Source: an uncultured Candidatus Saccharibacteria bacterium (GTDB lineage Bacteria; Patescibacteriota; JAQUNI01). From it: a stretch of 64,000 bases of DNA. Within the stretch, counting starts at the first letter, position 1. Each line of letters begins with the position of its first letter. Under the pieces are notes generated by a model that was given only the letters and a program-made list of their open reading frames with translations, was not told where the DNA came from and ran no database searches. The translations under genes were made by a program, and so were the position numbers. Where the stretch lies: NCBI GenBank assembly GCA_964555185.1, contig CAZKRD010000003.1:19943-83942 (forward strand), given 5' to 3'. Shown piece after piece: positions 1-7,973 of the stretch.

Positions 1-1
1 A

Positions 2-706
2 ATAATATTGGGCGTGAAGCCCAAAAAGCAGGGCAAGATGGAAATAATAGATAAAATTGATAATGGGATTGATCCTGACATTTTAGGGAAGGAAGACCTA
101 GAGCAAATATTGCTAAGCAATATTTCTCCCAAAATTGATATCAATATCCATGTCATTAAAAAATCTAGTAGTAAAAATTGGTATGCGGTTATAGAGGTAC
201 CAAAGGCTTATACTGCGGTACAATCTTTAATAGATTATAGGTATTACAGAAGGAGAAACTTCAAAACGGAGCCCATGACTAATGATGAAATATTAGATGT
301 TATGGGTCGTGCAAAATACCCTGAACTAGATTTAGATTTTTCAACTGCTATTTATTGCAGTCACCCCATTTTAATAATTCATATAGTCAATAAGGGTGAA
401 GTAATATCGTCTGATTTCGGTTTTAATATATTTTACTCTCAGGATGAAGCGGCGGTGGCGTGGCGCTTGCCAAATCAAGAGCAAATACTGGACTTGAGGG
501 GCAATAAAGGAGTTTTTAAATATAGGAGCTATTTAGATCCGAACAAGCCAATTTTGTTTCCAGGGGATAATTATCTCGTTACGACCACCAGCGTATGTGA
601 ATTTAAGTTGAAAGATAAAGAAGTTAAGGTTTCCTATGAGGTTTTTTCGGAAAATCCAATAAGAAAGATGAAGAAGAGATCCTTTTCTCTAAGGGGCAAG
701 GGGTGA
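2..706 (+). CDS. Schlafen/AlbA_2 domain protein (5' partial)
   Basis: Frame is open from the window edge (IILGV...). Motifs LEQILLSNISPKI, VIEVPK and YRYYRRRNFKTEPMTNDEI are typical of AlbA_2, followed by a beta-rich C-terminal domain. Confidence 0.75.
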   Translation: MILGVKPKKQGKMEIIDKIDNGIDPDILGKEDLEQILLSNISPKIDINIHVIKKSSSKNWYAVIEVPKAYTAVQSLIDYRYYRRRNFKTEPMTNDEILDVMGRAKYPELDLDFSTAIYCSHPILIIHIVNKGEVISSDFGFNIFYSQDEAAVAWRLPNQEQILDLRGNKGVFKYRSYLDPNKPILFPGDNYLVTTTSVCEFKLKDKEVKVSYEVFSENPIRKMKKRSFSLRGKG

Positions 707-709
707 TGA

Positions 710-1129
710 TCGCTTCAAACATTACTTGAACATGCGCCTGATTGGCATACACTCAAATGCTTCGTTAAGTCTAAAGTACGATGCGATCAAGAGGACGGTT
801 GCTTTGATTATGATGACCTTGATATGTTGATGACTGTGCAGAGAGACCAGACAAATCCAAGAGTAGGAAAAGTTACTGTGAAAGATCAGTAAGACAAAGG
901 CTATGAATTCAAAGGAGAAATTCACGATAATATTTCTGGAGCAACTTATATAAACTCAACGATCATTCCGGGACAGTTTCTCAAAATTACAAACGATTTT
1001 GACTTTATTCAATTCGCGTCTCCCGGTCCTAATGATATTGAGTACTTCTTGGAGACTGGTAGTTGCGTTGTCGATGACAACCAACAAACGACAATACTAA
1101 AAAAGATAGGCAATAGAGAATTAATTTAA
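710..1129 (+). pseudogene. Degraded ORF with one internal TAA (890-892)
   Basis: About 140 codons in a single frame (LQTLLEHAPDWHTLKC...KDQ*DKGYEF...NRELI*), no clear start codon. Confidence 0.45.
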
Positions 1130-1133
1130 ACAT

Positions 1134-1724
1134 ATGCAAGAACAAGCTCAAGAGGAGGTGGAAAAACCGCAAAATGTGACTGCTAATACGCCGGTTACGC
1201 AGCCACAAAAGAAAAAGCACGGTTGTTTATGGGCGCTTCTGGTGGTCATTGGCTTGATTCTGATTATTGGAATTGTTTTGATTGCATCATGTAGTAAAGC
1301 ACTTAAAGAAGCTGAGGAACAGGAACGAGAAGAAATAGAGAAAGAAAAAGTTGTCACAGATACTGAAGCGGAAGGAGAGACTATCGATGAAGAAGCTATA
1401 GAAGTAACGCAAGTGGATATTGAGGAATTTATGGCGGAGTTTGATGATAATCAGTTAGCTGCTGAAGAAAAGTATAAGGATAAATGGGTGCGGATGGAGG
1501 CCAAAATTCGGAATATTAGTGATGACATTTTCGGTACGCCGTTTTTGTCATTAGAACCTGTTGGTAGTGATGAGTTTACGATGACATCGGTTAAATGTAA
1601 TTTTGAGGATGCGGAGCAACTAATGGAAGTTAAAAATGGTGAGATTATTACGGTGCAAGGAAAAGTAAGTAGTCAAGATCTGGGTGTTATTTCATTGCGT
1701 CATTGTGAGATTGTGGGCGAATAA
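1134..1724 (+). CDS. Membrane-anchored OB-fold protein (tRNA_anti-like lipoprotein family)
   Basis: TM helix, acidic linker, EFDDNQLAAEEKYKDKWVRMEAKI and GEIITVQGKV motifs. Confidence 0.75.
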   Translation: MQEQAQEEVEKPQNVTANTPVTQPQKKKHGCLWALLVVIGLILIIGIVLIASCSKALKEAEEQEREEIEKEKVVTDTEAEGETIDEEAIEVTQVDIEEFMAEFDDNQLAAEEKYKDKWVRMEAKIRNISDDIFGTPFLSLEPVGSDEFTMTSVKCNFEDAEQLMEVKNGEIITVQGKVSSQDLGVISLRHCEIVGE

Positions 1725-1852
1725 CTTAGAGCTGATATAAAAACTAAAGGCCTAAATCAAAAATACTTTTTGTATTTGCGATTTAAGCCTTTTTGTTTAG
1801 ATGATCGCGATAATTGTAAATAAAGTTTTACTAGCTTTTTCTTTTCATATTT

Positions 1853-1950
1853 CTAAGGCAAACTTTCACAAGCGAGTCCGTCTTTATCGCGGTCTCATTG
1901 GTGAATGTCGCCTTTGCCTAGTTGATTACAATAATTGCAACACTCTTAGC
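1853..1950 (-). pseudogene. Relic of an Excalibur-domain C-terminus
   Basis: Minus strand reads ECCNYCNQLGKGDIHQ*DRDKDGLACESLP*, matching the end of 3434..4027 (ACYNYCVQQGAGNIHRLDGNDNDGLACESLP). Confidence 0.8.
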
Positions 1951-2052
1951 TCGGCTATGGGATGATGCTAGGGCCTATTTAAAGAAATGAAAAAGACGAC
2001 AAGAAAGCTCAATCTGTTGTTAAGTAAAGTTAAAAATACAAAAGCTAATTTA

Positions 2053-2283
2053 TTATCTCGTAGATTCACAGGGCATACAGTACGCACAAGGATCATAGCC
2101 ACGAGCCAATGCCTTCGCTTTTGTTTCAAAGTACACCTTACATTTGATTTCATTTATCTGGCAGTTTTTCTTTTTGTTCTGCAGATCATGAAACTCACGC
2201 TTCCTTTTCGGATCCTTGGGGTTGCAGTTACCCAACCACCTAGCAGAACTAGGCCCGGTTGAGCACTCTACTTTTTTAGCCAT
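2053..2283 (-). CDS. Small Ada-metal-binding-like Cys/His protein
   Basis: WLGN...FHDL...CQI...VYF...ALARGYDPCAYC pattern. Confidence 0.55.
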   Translation of the reverse strand: MAKKVECSTGPSSARWLGNCNPKDPKRKREFHDLQNKKKNCQINEIKCKVYFETKAKALARGYDPCAYCMPCESTR

Positions 2284-2310
2284 GGTTTTTTTGTTTATTT
2301 TATTAATTTA

Positions 2311-3429
2311 TTATTCTCTCATCTCTCTTTGAGTTAACTCTTCTTTAACTGACTGAATATTTCCTCCATTCTCTTCAATAATAAAATAATTATAACTTTC
2401 AGAATCCGCAGCTCTATCAAAAATAGCTTCAAATAAGAACTCAAATGCTGGCCCTCTTCCTCTTTCGTTCTCGTATTCTTTTAGTAAATCGTCGAATTCA
2501 GAACTTTGAAGCATTTTCTCACGGATTTGTTCAGTTGAAAGATCAACCTGATCCCAGTAAGCTAATCCTTCTCTGTCTGGTTTGCGTCTAAAGACTGTCC
2601 AATAGAGATGAGCTATCTTCTCAAGACGTTCTGTGTCTTGTTTATCCATAAATTTCTCTTTATATTCTTCGCTATTTAGGAAGTAAAATTTAATTCCTAA
2701 AATATTAGTATTATCTTTCTTCCAATCTTCTAAATTTTTACCATCTATCTCTAGAATACTTCCAAAAAAATCTTGATATAAAGTTTTTAAGGCGTGTTGC
2801 CTGCTATAGCGATCTTCCAAAATGATAATTTTCTTTTCGTATTCATGGCTATTTAAAAAAGCTCGCCTAACATCATCAATAGAATAATCGTTCTGATCAA
2901 CCCAAAAATTTATTTCATCTTCCTCAGCAACTCGGTCAAAAATATCTTGGTATAATGATTCTATTTCTGTTCGTCGTTTATCTTGGGATAAAGAAGCAAT
3001 AATAGGGCCCAAAGAAAAACGACCTGCCTTAACAGATAGAGATTTAAGGCCATCAACTGCCCAGCGCACGGAAGAAACAACTTTGCCCGTTAGCCCAATA
3101 AGATAAGATTCGAAGCGATCAACTTCAGTCGGTGCGGGATTTTCCGGCGTCTTCGGTTGTTCACGAGTTGCTTCCAGTGGCTCATAAGGTTTCGATTCAG
3201 ATATTTCTGGCTCTGGTGGTGGTTCATAGACTGGTTTCGGTTTAGAGTTACAACCTGGATAGTATGGTGCGCATTTTGCTGAAAGTGGTGTACCATCACA
3301 GCAACGGCAACCGCAGACGCCACCATGATGAGAACAGCAACCACTTCTTGCTTCTGTATTTGCTGGCAAGAAAATTATCAAAACAATTGCAATGAGAATA
3401 ACCGGAAAAATTGTCTTAATATTCTTCAT
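2311..3429 (-). CDS. Secreted protein: Cys-rich N-terminal knot, Pro/Glu linker, four DUF4214-like (S-layer-associated) helical repeats
   Basis: Signal peptide, RSGCCSHHGGVCGCRCCDGT, and repeats of LY..iF.R..D..G..YW...FL.S.E[YF]. Start moved to ATG at 3429. Confidence 0.7.
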   Translation of the reverse strand: MKNIKTIFPVILIAIVLIIFLPANTEARSGCCSHHGGVCGCRCCDGTPLSAKCAPYYPGCNSKPKPVYEPPPEPEISESKPYEPLEATREQPKTPENPAPTEVDRFESYLIGLTGKVVSSVRWAVDGLKSLSVKAGRFSLGPIIASLSQDKRRTEIESLYQDIFDRVAEEDEINFWVDQNDYSIDDVRRAFLNSHEYEKKIIILEDRYSRQHALKTLYQDFFGSILEIDGKNLEDWKKDNTNILGIKFYFLNSEEYKEKFMDKQDTERLEKIAHLYWTVFRRKPDREGLAYWDQVDLSTEQIREKMLQSSEFDDLLKEYENERGRGPAFEFLFEAIFDRAADSESYNYFIIEENGGNIQSVKEELTQREMRE

Positions 3430-3433
3430 AATT

Positions 3434-4027
3434 TTAAGGTAAACTTTCACAAGCAAGGCCATCGTTATCATTACCATCTAACCTATGAATGTTCCCAGCT
3501 CCTTGTTGCACACAATAGTTATAGCAGGCCTGAGCGGCGGCGTGAGTTGTGAAATCAGAACAATTATATCTGTTATAACTACAATCACAAACTGCTGTCG
3601 TGGGCGGTGGCGTAGGCTTAGGTGTCACTTTGGGTTGTGCAGTAGGGGTGGGTTCGACAGGTGTCGGTTCTAGTTCTTGTGGTTGAGGCGGTTGTTCTTG
3701 TTTTGGCTCTTGAATCAATGGTTCAACTTTTTGGGTTTGTTCGGTTTTGGGTTGTGTCGTAGGAGCGGGTTCAACAGGTGTCGATTCTGATTCTTCAGGT
3801 TGAGATGGTTCTTCTTGCTCTGGTTCTTGATTTAATGATTCAGCTTCTTGGGTTTGTTCAGTGGCTGATTGTTCCTGTACACCTTCTTGTGGTTGTTCTG
3901 CTTCGGTTGTTCCTGTTTTCGTCTCCTCTATATTGGTTTCTTCTTCTCTAGGGATTTGAGTGGTTTCTGTACAACCAGATAAAATCAACACGCCAACTAA
4001 AATAACAAATAATGTTATTTTTTTCAT
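3434..4027 (-). CDS. Lipoprotein with Pro/Glu/Gln stalk and C-terminal Excalibur Ca-binding domain
   Basis: Lipobox LSGC; YNCSDF..AQAC...LDGNDNDGLACE. Confidence 0.85.
   Translation of the reverse strand: MKKITLFVILVGVLILSGCTETTQIPREEETNIEETKTGTTEAEQPQEGVQEQSATEQTQEAESLNQEPEQEEPSQPEESESTPVEPAPTTQPKTEQTQKVEPLIQEPKQEQPPQPQELEPTPVEPTPTAQPKVTPKPTPPPTTAVCDCSYNRYNCSDFTTHAAAQACYNYCVQQGAGNIHRLDGNDNDGLACESLP
3629..3862 (-). repeat. Two tandem 117-bp (39-aa) repeats in the lipoprotein stalk
   Basis: TEQTQEAESLNQEPEQEEPSQPEESESTPVEPAPTTQPK / TEQTQKVEPLIQEPKQEQPPQPQELEPTPVEPTPTAQPK. Confidence 0.85.
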
Positions 4028-4036
4028 CTTTTTGAA

Positions 4037-4294
4037 TTATTTTGCAAGCCCATTTCGTCTTAAACAATTTTGATAAGACCTTTCGAAATCATCACTTATT
4101 AAAAACTGTTGTTTGGCGACAAACTCTTTAAAAGTGCCATCGGTCTTAAAACTTCCCCCTACGGTTTCATAGCATTTTTTCCTAATCTGGCTTGGTCGCC
4201 ATTCAAACCAATAAAACCCAAATCCTAGAATGAGAAGCACCAAAACTACTAAGACTGTTTTCCAAATAAAGATTTTTTTGATTTTTTCTCTCAT
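4037..4294 (-). CDS. Small membrane protein, FYW.E.RP..IR..C family, paralog A
   Basis: TM helix, then FYWFEWRPSQIRKKC...YQNCLRRNGL. Confidence 0.8.
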   Translation of the reverse strand: MREKIKKIFIWKTVLVVLVLLILGFGFYWFEWRPSQIRKKCYETVGGSFKTDGTFKEFVAKQQFLISDDFERSYQNCLRRNGLAK

Positions 4295-4302
4295 ATAATT
4301 GT

Positions 4303-4596
4303 TTAATAATGAACACCTGTTCCCTCCTCACCAAAGGTCTCTTCACAAAGGCTAAAACCGCCTTCCCATTTACAATTTTTGCCACATTCCCATCTATCAG
4401 TTAAATTCCCACTTTGAGATTTTATTCCTTCTCCCCACTTAACACATTCTTCGGCAGATTTTAAGTCTGGGCTAATTATATAATTATTACAAGTCAAACA
4501 ACCATTAGGATAATAGAAACCCTGATAATTATCTTTCTTAAAAAGGAAATTATATCCAAAATAAATAAAAGCTATAATTAAAATCAAAATCATCAT
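4303..4596 (-). CDS. Small membrane-anchored six-Cys protein
   Basis: TM helix, then GFYYPNGCLTC...EEC...WECGKNC...LCEETF. Confidence 0.7.
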   Translation of the reverse strand: MMILILIIAFIYFGYNFLFKKDNYQGFYYPNGCLTCNNYIISPDLKSAEECVKWGEGIKSQSGNLTDRWECGKNCKWEGGFSLCEETFGEEGTGVHY

Positions 4597-4671
4597 TTTT
4601 ATTGATGAAATAATTCTTGTTTTTGTCTATCGTCTTTTCCTCTATCATATATTTAAAATAAGGCCCATCGC

Positions 4672-5067
4672 CTATTTTTGTTCCTTGTCATGTTTACGCC
4701 TTGCAAAACCACCCACCATTAAAGCAATCGCAATAATAGTCCAAGCCATGGTCGCGCCACTAAAATATACCTGTTGCACTATAATTGTTGAAAACCACCC
4801 AGGTATTGCGAAGACAACCAAAAGCCCAATGCCCCAATAAACCAAGGTTTTACCCGAACGAAGGCCCATTTTGTCTTTGGCTTGTGCATATTCTTTATTT
4901 GATCGGAAAAGCATCCATACAAGCAAGCCTAAACCAACCCACTGGATAATCACAGCGACGATTGTTACTGCTAAAGACCTGCCAAGCAGAAGGAAAAGCA
5001 AACTAGGAATTACAGCAAGCAGGATAAGCCCCAGAACAATATTTTTTCTAACAGTCCATTGTTTCAT
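4672..5067 (-). CDS. Four-TM hypothetical membrane protein
   Basis: Four hydrophobic segments; ATG at 5067 avoids overlap with the upstream gene. Confidence 0.7.
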   Translation of the reverse strand: MKQWTVRKNIVLGLILLAVIPSLLFLLLGRSLAVTIVAVIIQWVGLGLLVWMLFRSNKEYAQAKDKMGLRSGKTLVYWGIGLLVVFAIPGWFSTIIVQQVYFSGATMAWTIIAIALMVGGFARRKHDKEQK

Positions 5068-5090
5068 GATATTAAAATTAGCTTTGTCAC

Positions 5091-5408
5091 TTACTTTAAG
5101 CCGTGCTTCTCCAAGCATTGGTCGAAATAGACTTTAAAATCATCCATGTTATACATTTCTTCTTGCTCAACTGTTTTAGCAAGCTCCTCATCAAATTCCC
5201 CAAACTTTATTCGTATATCCTTCATTTTGTTTATCGCTTTTTCCGAGGCTAGGTCATCACACCTTTGCCTGATTCGTAGGGGGCGATATTCATACCAGTA
5301 AAACCACCCACCAATTACAATCAACAAGAAAACTAAAATCATCCCAACAAGCATAATTTTGGGTTTGATAGACTTCTTTTTTTCATCTGGCATATTTTCG
5401 TCTGCCAT
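5091..5408 (-). CDS. Small membrane protein, FYW.E.RP..IR..C family, paralog B
   Basis: WFYWYEYRPLRIRQRC...FDQCLEKHGLK. Confidence 0.8.
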   Translation of the reverse strand: MADENMPDEKKKSIKPKIMLVGMILVFLLIVIGGWFYWYEYRPLRIRQRCDDLASEKAINKMKDIRIKFGEFDEELAKTVEQEEMYNMDDFKVYFDQCLEKHGLK

Positions 5409-5428
5409 ATATTTATCCAAGAGTCTAT

Positions 5429-5683
5429 TTATTCCTTTAGGCCGTGCTCATAAAGGCACGCCTGATAATAAAAGCCGAACATATTTTTTACAAAAGTATT
5501 AACTTCAGAGTCTGCTAATTTAGGTAATTCGACTTCTGTTAGGCCTTTCATTGTGTCGTTAGCTTCAGTATAGCAAGCCTTTCTTATTTGATAAGGTCTA
5601 AATTGAAACCAATAAAACAGGAATCCTAAAACCAGAATGATAACAACGATGTGAACGATCTTCCAAGAGAATATTCTTTTCAT
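5429..5683 (-). CDS. Small membrane protein, FYW.E.RP..IR..C family, paralog C (first gene of the array)
   Basis: FYWFQFRPYQIRKAC...YQACLYEHGLKE. Confidence 0.8.
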   Translation of the reverse strand: MKRIFSWKIVHIVVIILVLGFLFYWFQFRPYQIRKACYTEANDTMKGLTEVELPKLADSEVNTFVKNMFGFYYQACLYEHGLKE

Positions 5684-5689
5684 ATGTTT

Positions 5690-5915
5690 AGAAAATATAC
5701 CTTGATTTAAATCACAAAACCTCCCGCCAGATTATGGTCTTGCGACCAACAGACTCTTTCGAGACTGACTTTGTAAAGCAAGTTCCTCTGACGAGAGGCT
5801 CTCTATGCTTTACAAGGCTTTTGATGCCATATCAGTTGAAAACTGACTTAGGCGATTTGATTGTAGGGTCTAACTGGTTAACTCCTCTTACATCAATTAT
5901 TACTTAGCCTTTTAT
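5690..5915 (-). ncRNA. Candidate structured 5' leader RNA with pseudoknot and GNRA hairpins
   Basis: Minus strand: TTGTAAAGCA/TGCTTTACAA stem; loop AGAGCCTCTCGTCAGA pairs with downstream TCTGGCGGGAGGTTTT; CTC-GAAA-GAG and TGGTC-GCAA-GACCA hairpins. Confidence 0.65.
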
Positions 5916-5921
5916 AATCTT

Positions 5922-5951
5922 ATTATACAGCAGAGGCTTATTATCTGTAAA
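5922..5951 (-). promoter_or_regulatory. Putative sigma70 promoter for leader and cassette array
   Basis: TTTACA-18-TATAAT on the minus strand. Confidence 0.5.
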
Positions 5952-6171
5952 TCTTAAAATGAACATTAGCGCCTCGCTCTTGAAGCCAAGGCCTGTTCAA
6001 AATTTCCTTGCGCTCTTACTACTTGAAAGCGACTTACCAATTCGTTCACTGTCCCCCAAAAACAAGTTTTTTACGATAAAGCTGGAAACGAGAATGATTC
6101 CGATGAGTGAAATGCACAGAAGAAACAAGATTATCAGGAATATCAAGAAGATGAGGCAGTATTATTGATTC

Positions 6172-6396
6172 TTGCATTTTCCGAAGTCTCGGTGTAAGGT
6201 GGTATTAGAGTCGCAAAAAACACAGTTCAAAAAAGGACAATCTGGTAACCCTAAAGGTCGGCCCAAAGGAACTAAGAATTTCTCTACTATTTTTGATGCA
6301 GCTGTCAAACAGATAGCGATAAAGGATAACATCTCTGTAGCACAGATTGCTTTCGTAGTAGTAAAGAAGCTCAAGAGAAAGCAAGAGAGATCATAA
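6172..6396 (+). pseudogene. DUF5681 (terminase-small-subunit-associated motif) fragment
   Basis: TQFKKGQSGNPKGRPKGTKN motif in a short ORF without a good start. Confidence 0.6.
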
Positions 6397-6505
6397 AATT
6401 TTTAAGAGAAACACAAAACGAGAACGGCAACAATTAAACAAAAAAGGCGATAAAGAATCAACCTGTAAAAACAGGTAAAAAACAGGTGGGTGGTAGAAAA
6501 GCAAA

Positions 6506-7822
6506 ATGTCTGTTAATAAAAAAGAGAACAATTATTATCCTGAAGTTCCTGATAAATATAAGAAAGAATATATTGACAGATTTGGAGATAATAAAAAGAA
6601 ACCAAAAATCCTAAAAATAGTAGGATTTTTTTGTAAGTTTATAATTTTTGCAATAATTGCAACTGTACTTATTTGGTTTTTTATTAATTCCGAGGATAAT
6701 ACTGACAATACTTTTAATGCAAGAGAATTTCCTCAACTGGAAGAACCAAAGACTATAACATTTGAATGGGGATATAAAGGATCAAAATATTCAATAACAG
6801 ACATTTTTTACAAGACGGTTTACGATTATTACAATTCAGACCTAGATAAAAATTGTTCCCAAAGAGAGATTGAAGAAGAGATTTGTTTTAAAAAGTTCCT
6901 AGAAGAAGCGGAAGAAGACAATACAATTTTAAGGATAGTTTCGGATATTAAAGAAATAGCATCTGAAAACGAATTCAGTAATGATGAGTTAGTAGAAGTA
7001 GTTGTAGCCTTTGTTCAATCGATTCCTTATGATGATGATAAGGCTAGATTAATTACATCACTCCCAGAGTCTTATTATGAAGACGACTATGATGTTAAAT
7101 CTAAAATAGAAAAAACCCTCCCAAGGTATCCATACGAAACCCTATACGATAATACGGGAATTTGTACAGATAAGAGCTTTTTAACAACATCCCTTATAAG
7201 CAAACTAGGCTATGGTGTCGCCTTGTTTGATTTTGATAAAGAAGAGCACATAGCTCTCGCAATAAAGTGTCCAATAGAATATTCTTCCTATGACTCTGGT
7301 TATTGTTTTACAGAAACGACTGAAACAGGATTTAAAATAGGTGAAATACCTCTAATAGATAACAAAACAAATAAGCCGAAAGCCAGAACTACATTGGGCT
7401 CGCATAAGCAAAACAATACAAGAACAGACCTTTTGCCCTTAGAAGGTGTTGAAATATATGAAATAACTGATGGAAATAGTTACCAAGGAGTAATTGAGAT
7501 AGCCAAAACAGAGCAGAAATTACAGAAACTAGAAAAAGAAATCGATAGTTTATATATAGTTATAAACTCGTTAACTAAAGAACTGGAGCAATTAGAAAAA
7601 AATATTACTTATTATGAGCAGCAGGTTGATGAAGCTTATGAAAGGCATCAAATAATCCAAGATTACGCATCGTATGAGGACTATGAACAGGTATATACTG
7701 AATATGAATATGAGGTAAAAAAGTATAAATCTAAAACAGCTTTGGCCAATGATCAAATTGCTAAATATAATAAATTAGTCGACGAATATAACGGTATTAT
7801 AGAATCCTTCTATCCCGAATAG
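6506..7822 (+). CDS. Membrane-anchored transglutaminase-like protein with C-terminal coiled coil
   Basis: TM helix; FVQSIPYD, YPYETLYDNTGICTDKSFL (catalytic Cys), EHIALAI (His); heptad-rich tail. Confidence 0.8.
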   Translation: MSVNKKENNYYPEVPDKYKKEYIDRFGDNKKKPKILKIVGFFCKFIIFAIIATVLIWFFINSEDNTDNTFNAREFPQLEEPKTITFEWGYKGSKYSITDIFYKTVYDYYNSDLDKNCSQREIEEEICFKKFLEEAEEDNTILRIVSDIKEIASENEFSNDELVEVVVAFVQSIPYDDDKARLITSLPESYYEDDYDVKSKIEKTLPRYPYETLYDNTGICTDKSFLTTSLISKLGYGVALFDFDKEEHIALAIKCPIEYSSYDSGYCFTETTETGFKIGEIPLIDNKTNKPKARTTLGSHKQNNTRTDLLPLEGVEIYEITDGNSYQGVIEIAKTEQKLQKLEKEIDSLYIVINSLTKELEQLEKNITYYEQQVDEAYERHQIIQDYASYEDYEQVYTEYEYEVKKYKSKTALANDQIAKYNKLVDEYNGIIESFYPE

Positions 7823-7840
7823 ATACTATAAAAGGTATGG

Positions 7841-7870
7841 GGTCAGGTTTTGAATCTTGACCTTTTTTTT
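7841..7870 (+). terminator. Rho-independent terminator candidate
   Basis: GGTCAGG...CTTGACC stem followed by a T-tract. Confidence 0.5.
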
Positions 7871-7973
7871 ATTTCTCCTTCCATCAAGCAAAACAAAAAA
7901 AGAATCTTGCGATTCTTGATTTTTTAATCAAGTTCTGCGAATGGTCTCCAGTAGCTCTTGTTGCTGTCATTTT

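Noticed and set aside
1853-5683. Classical integron cassette array
   Set aside because: Intergenic gaps are mostly under 30 bp with no attC-like palindromes, and there is no IntI tyrosine recombinase in the window.
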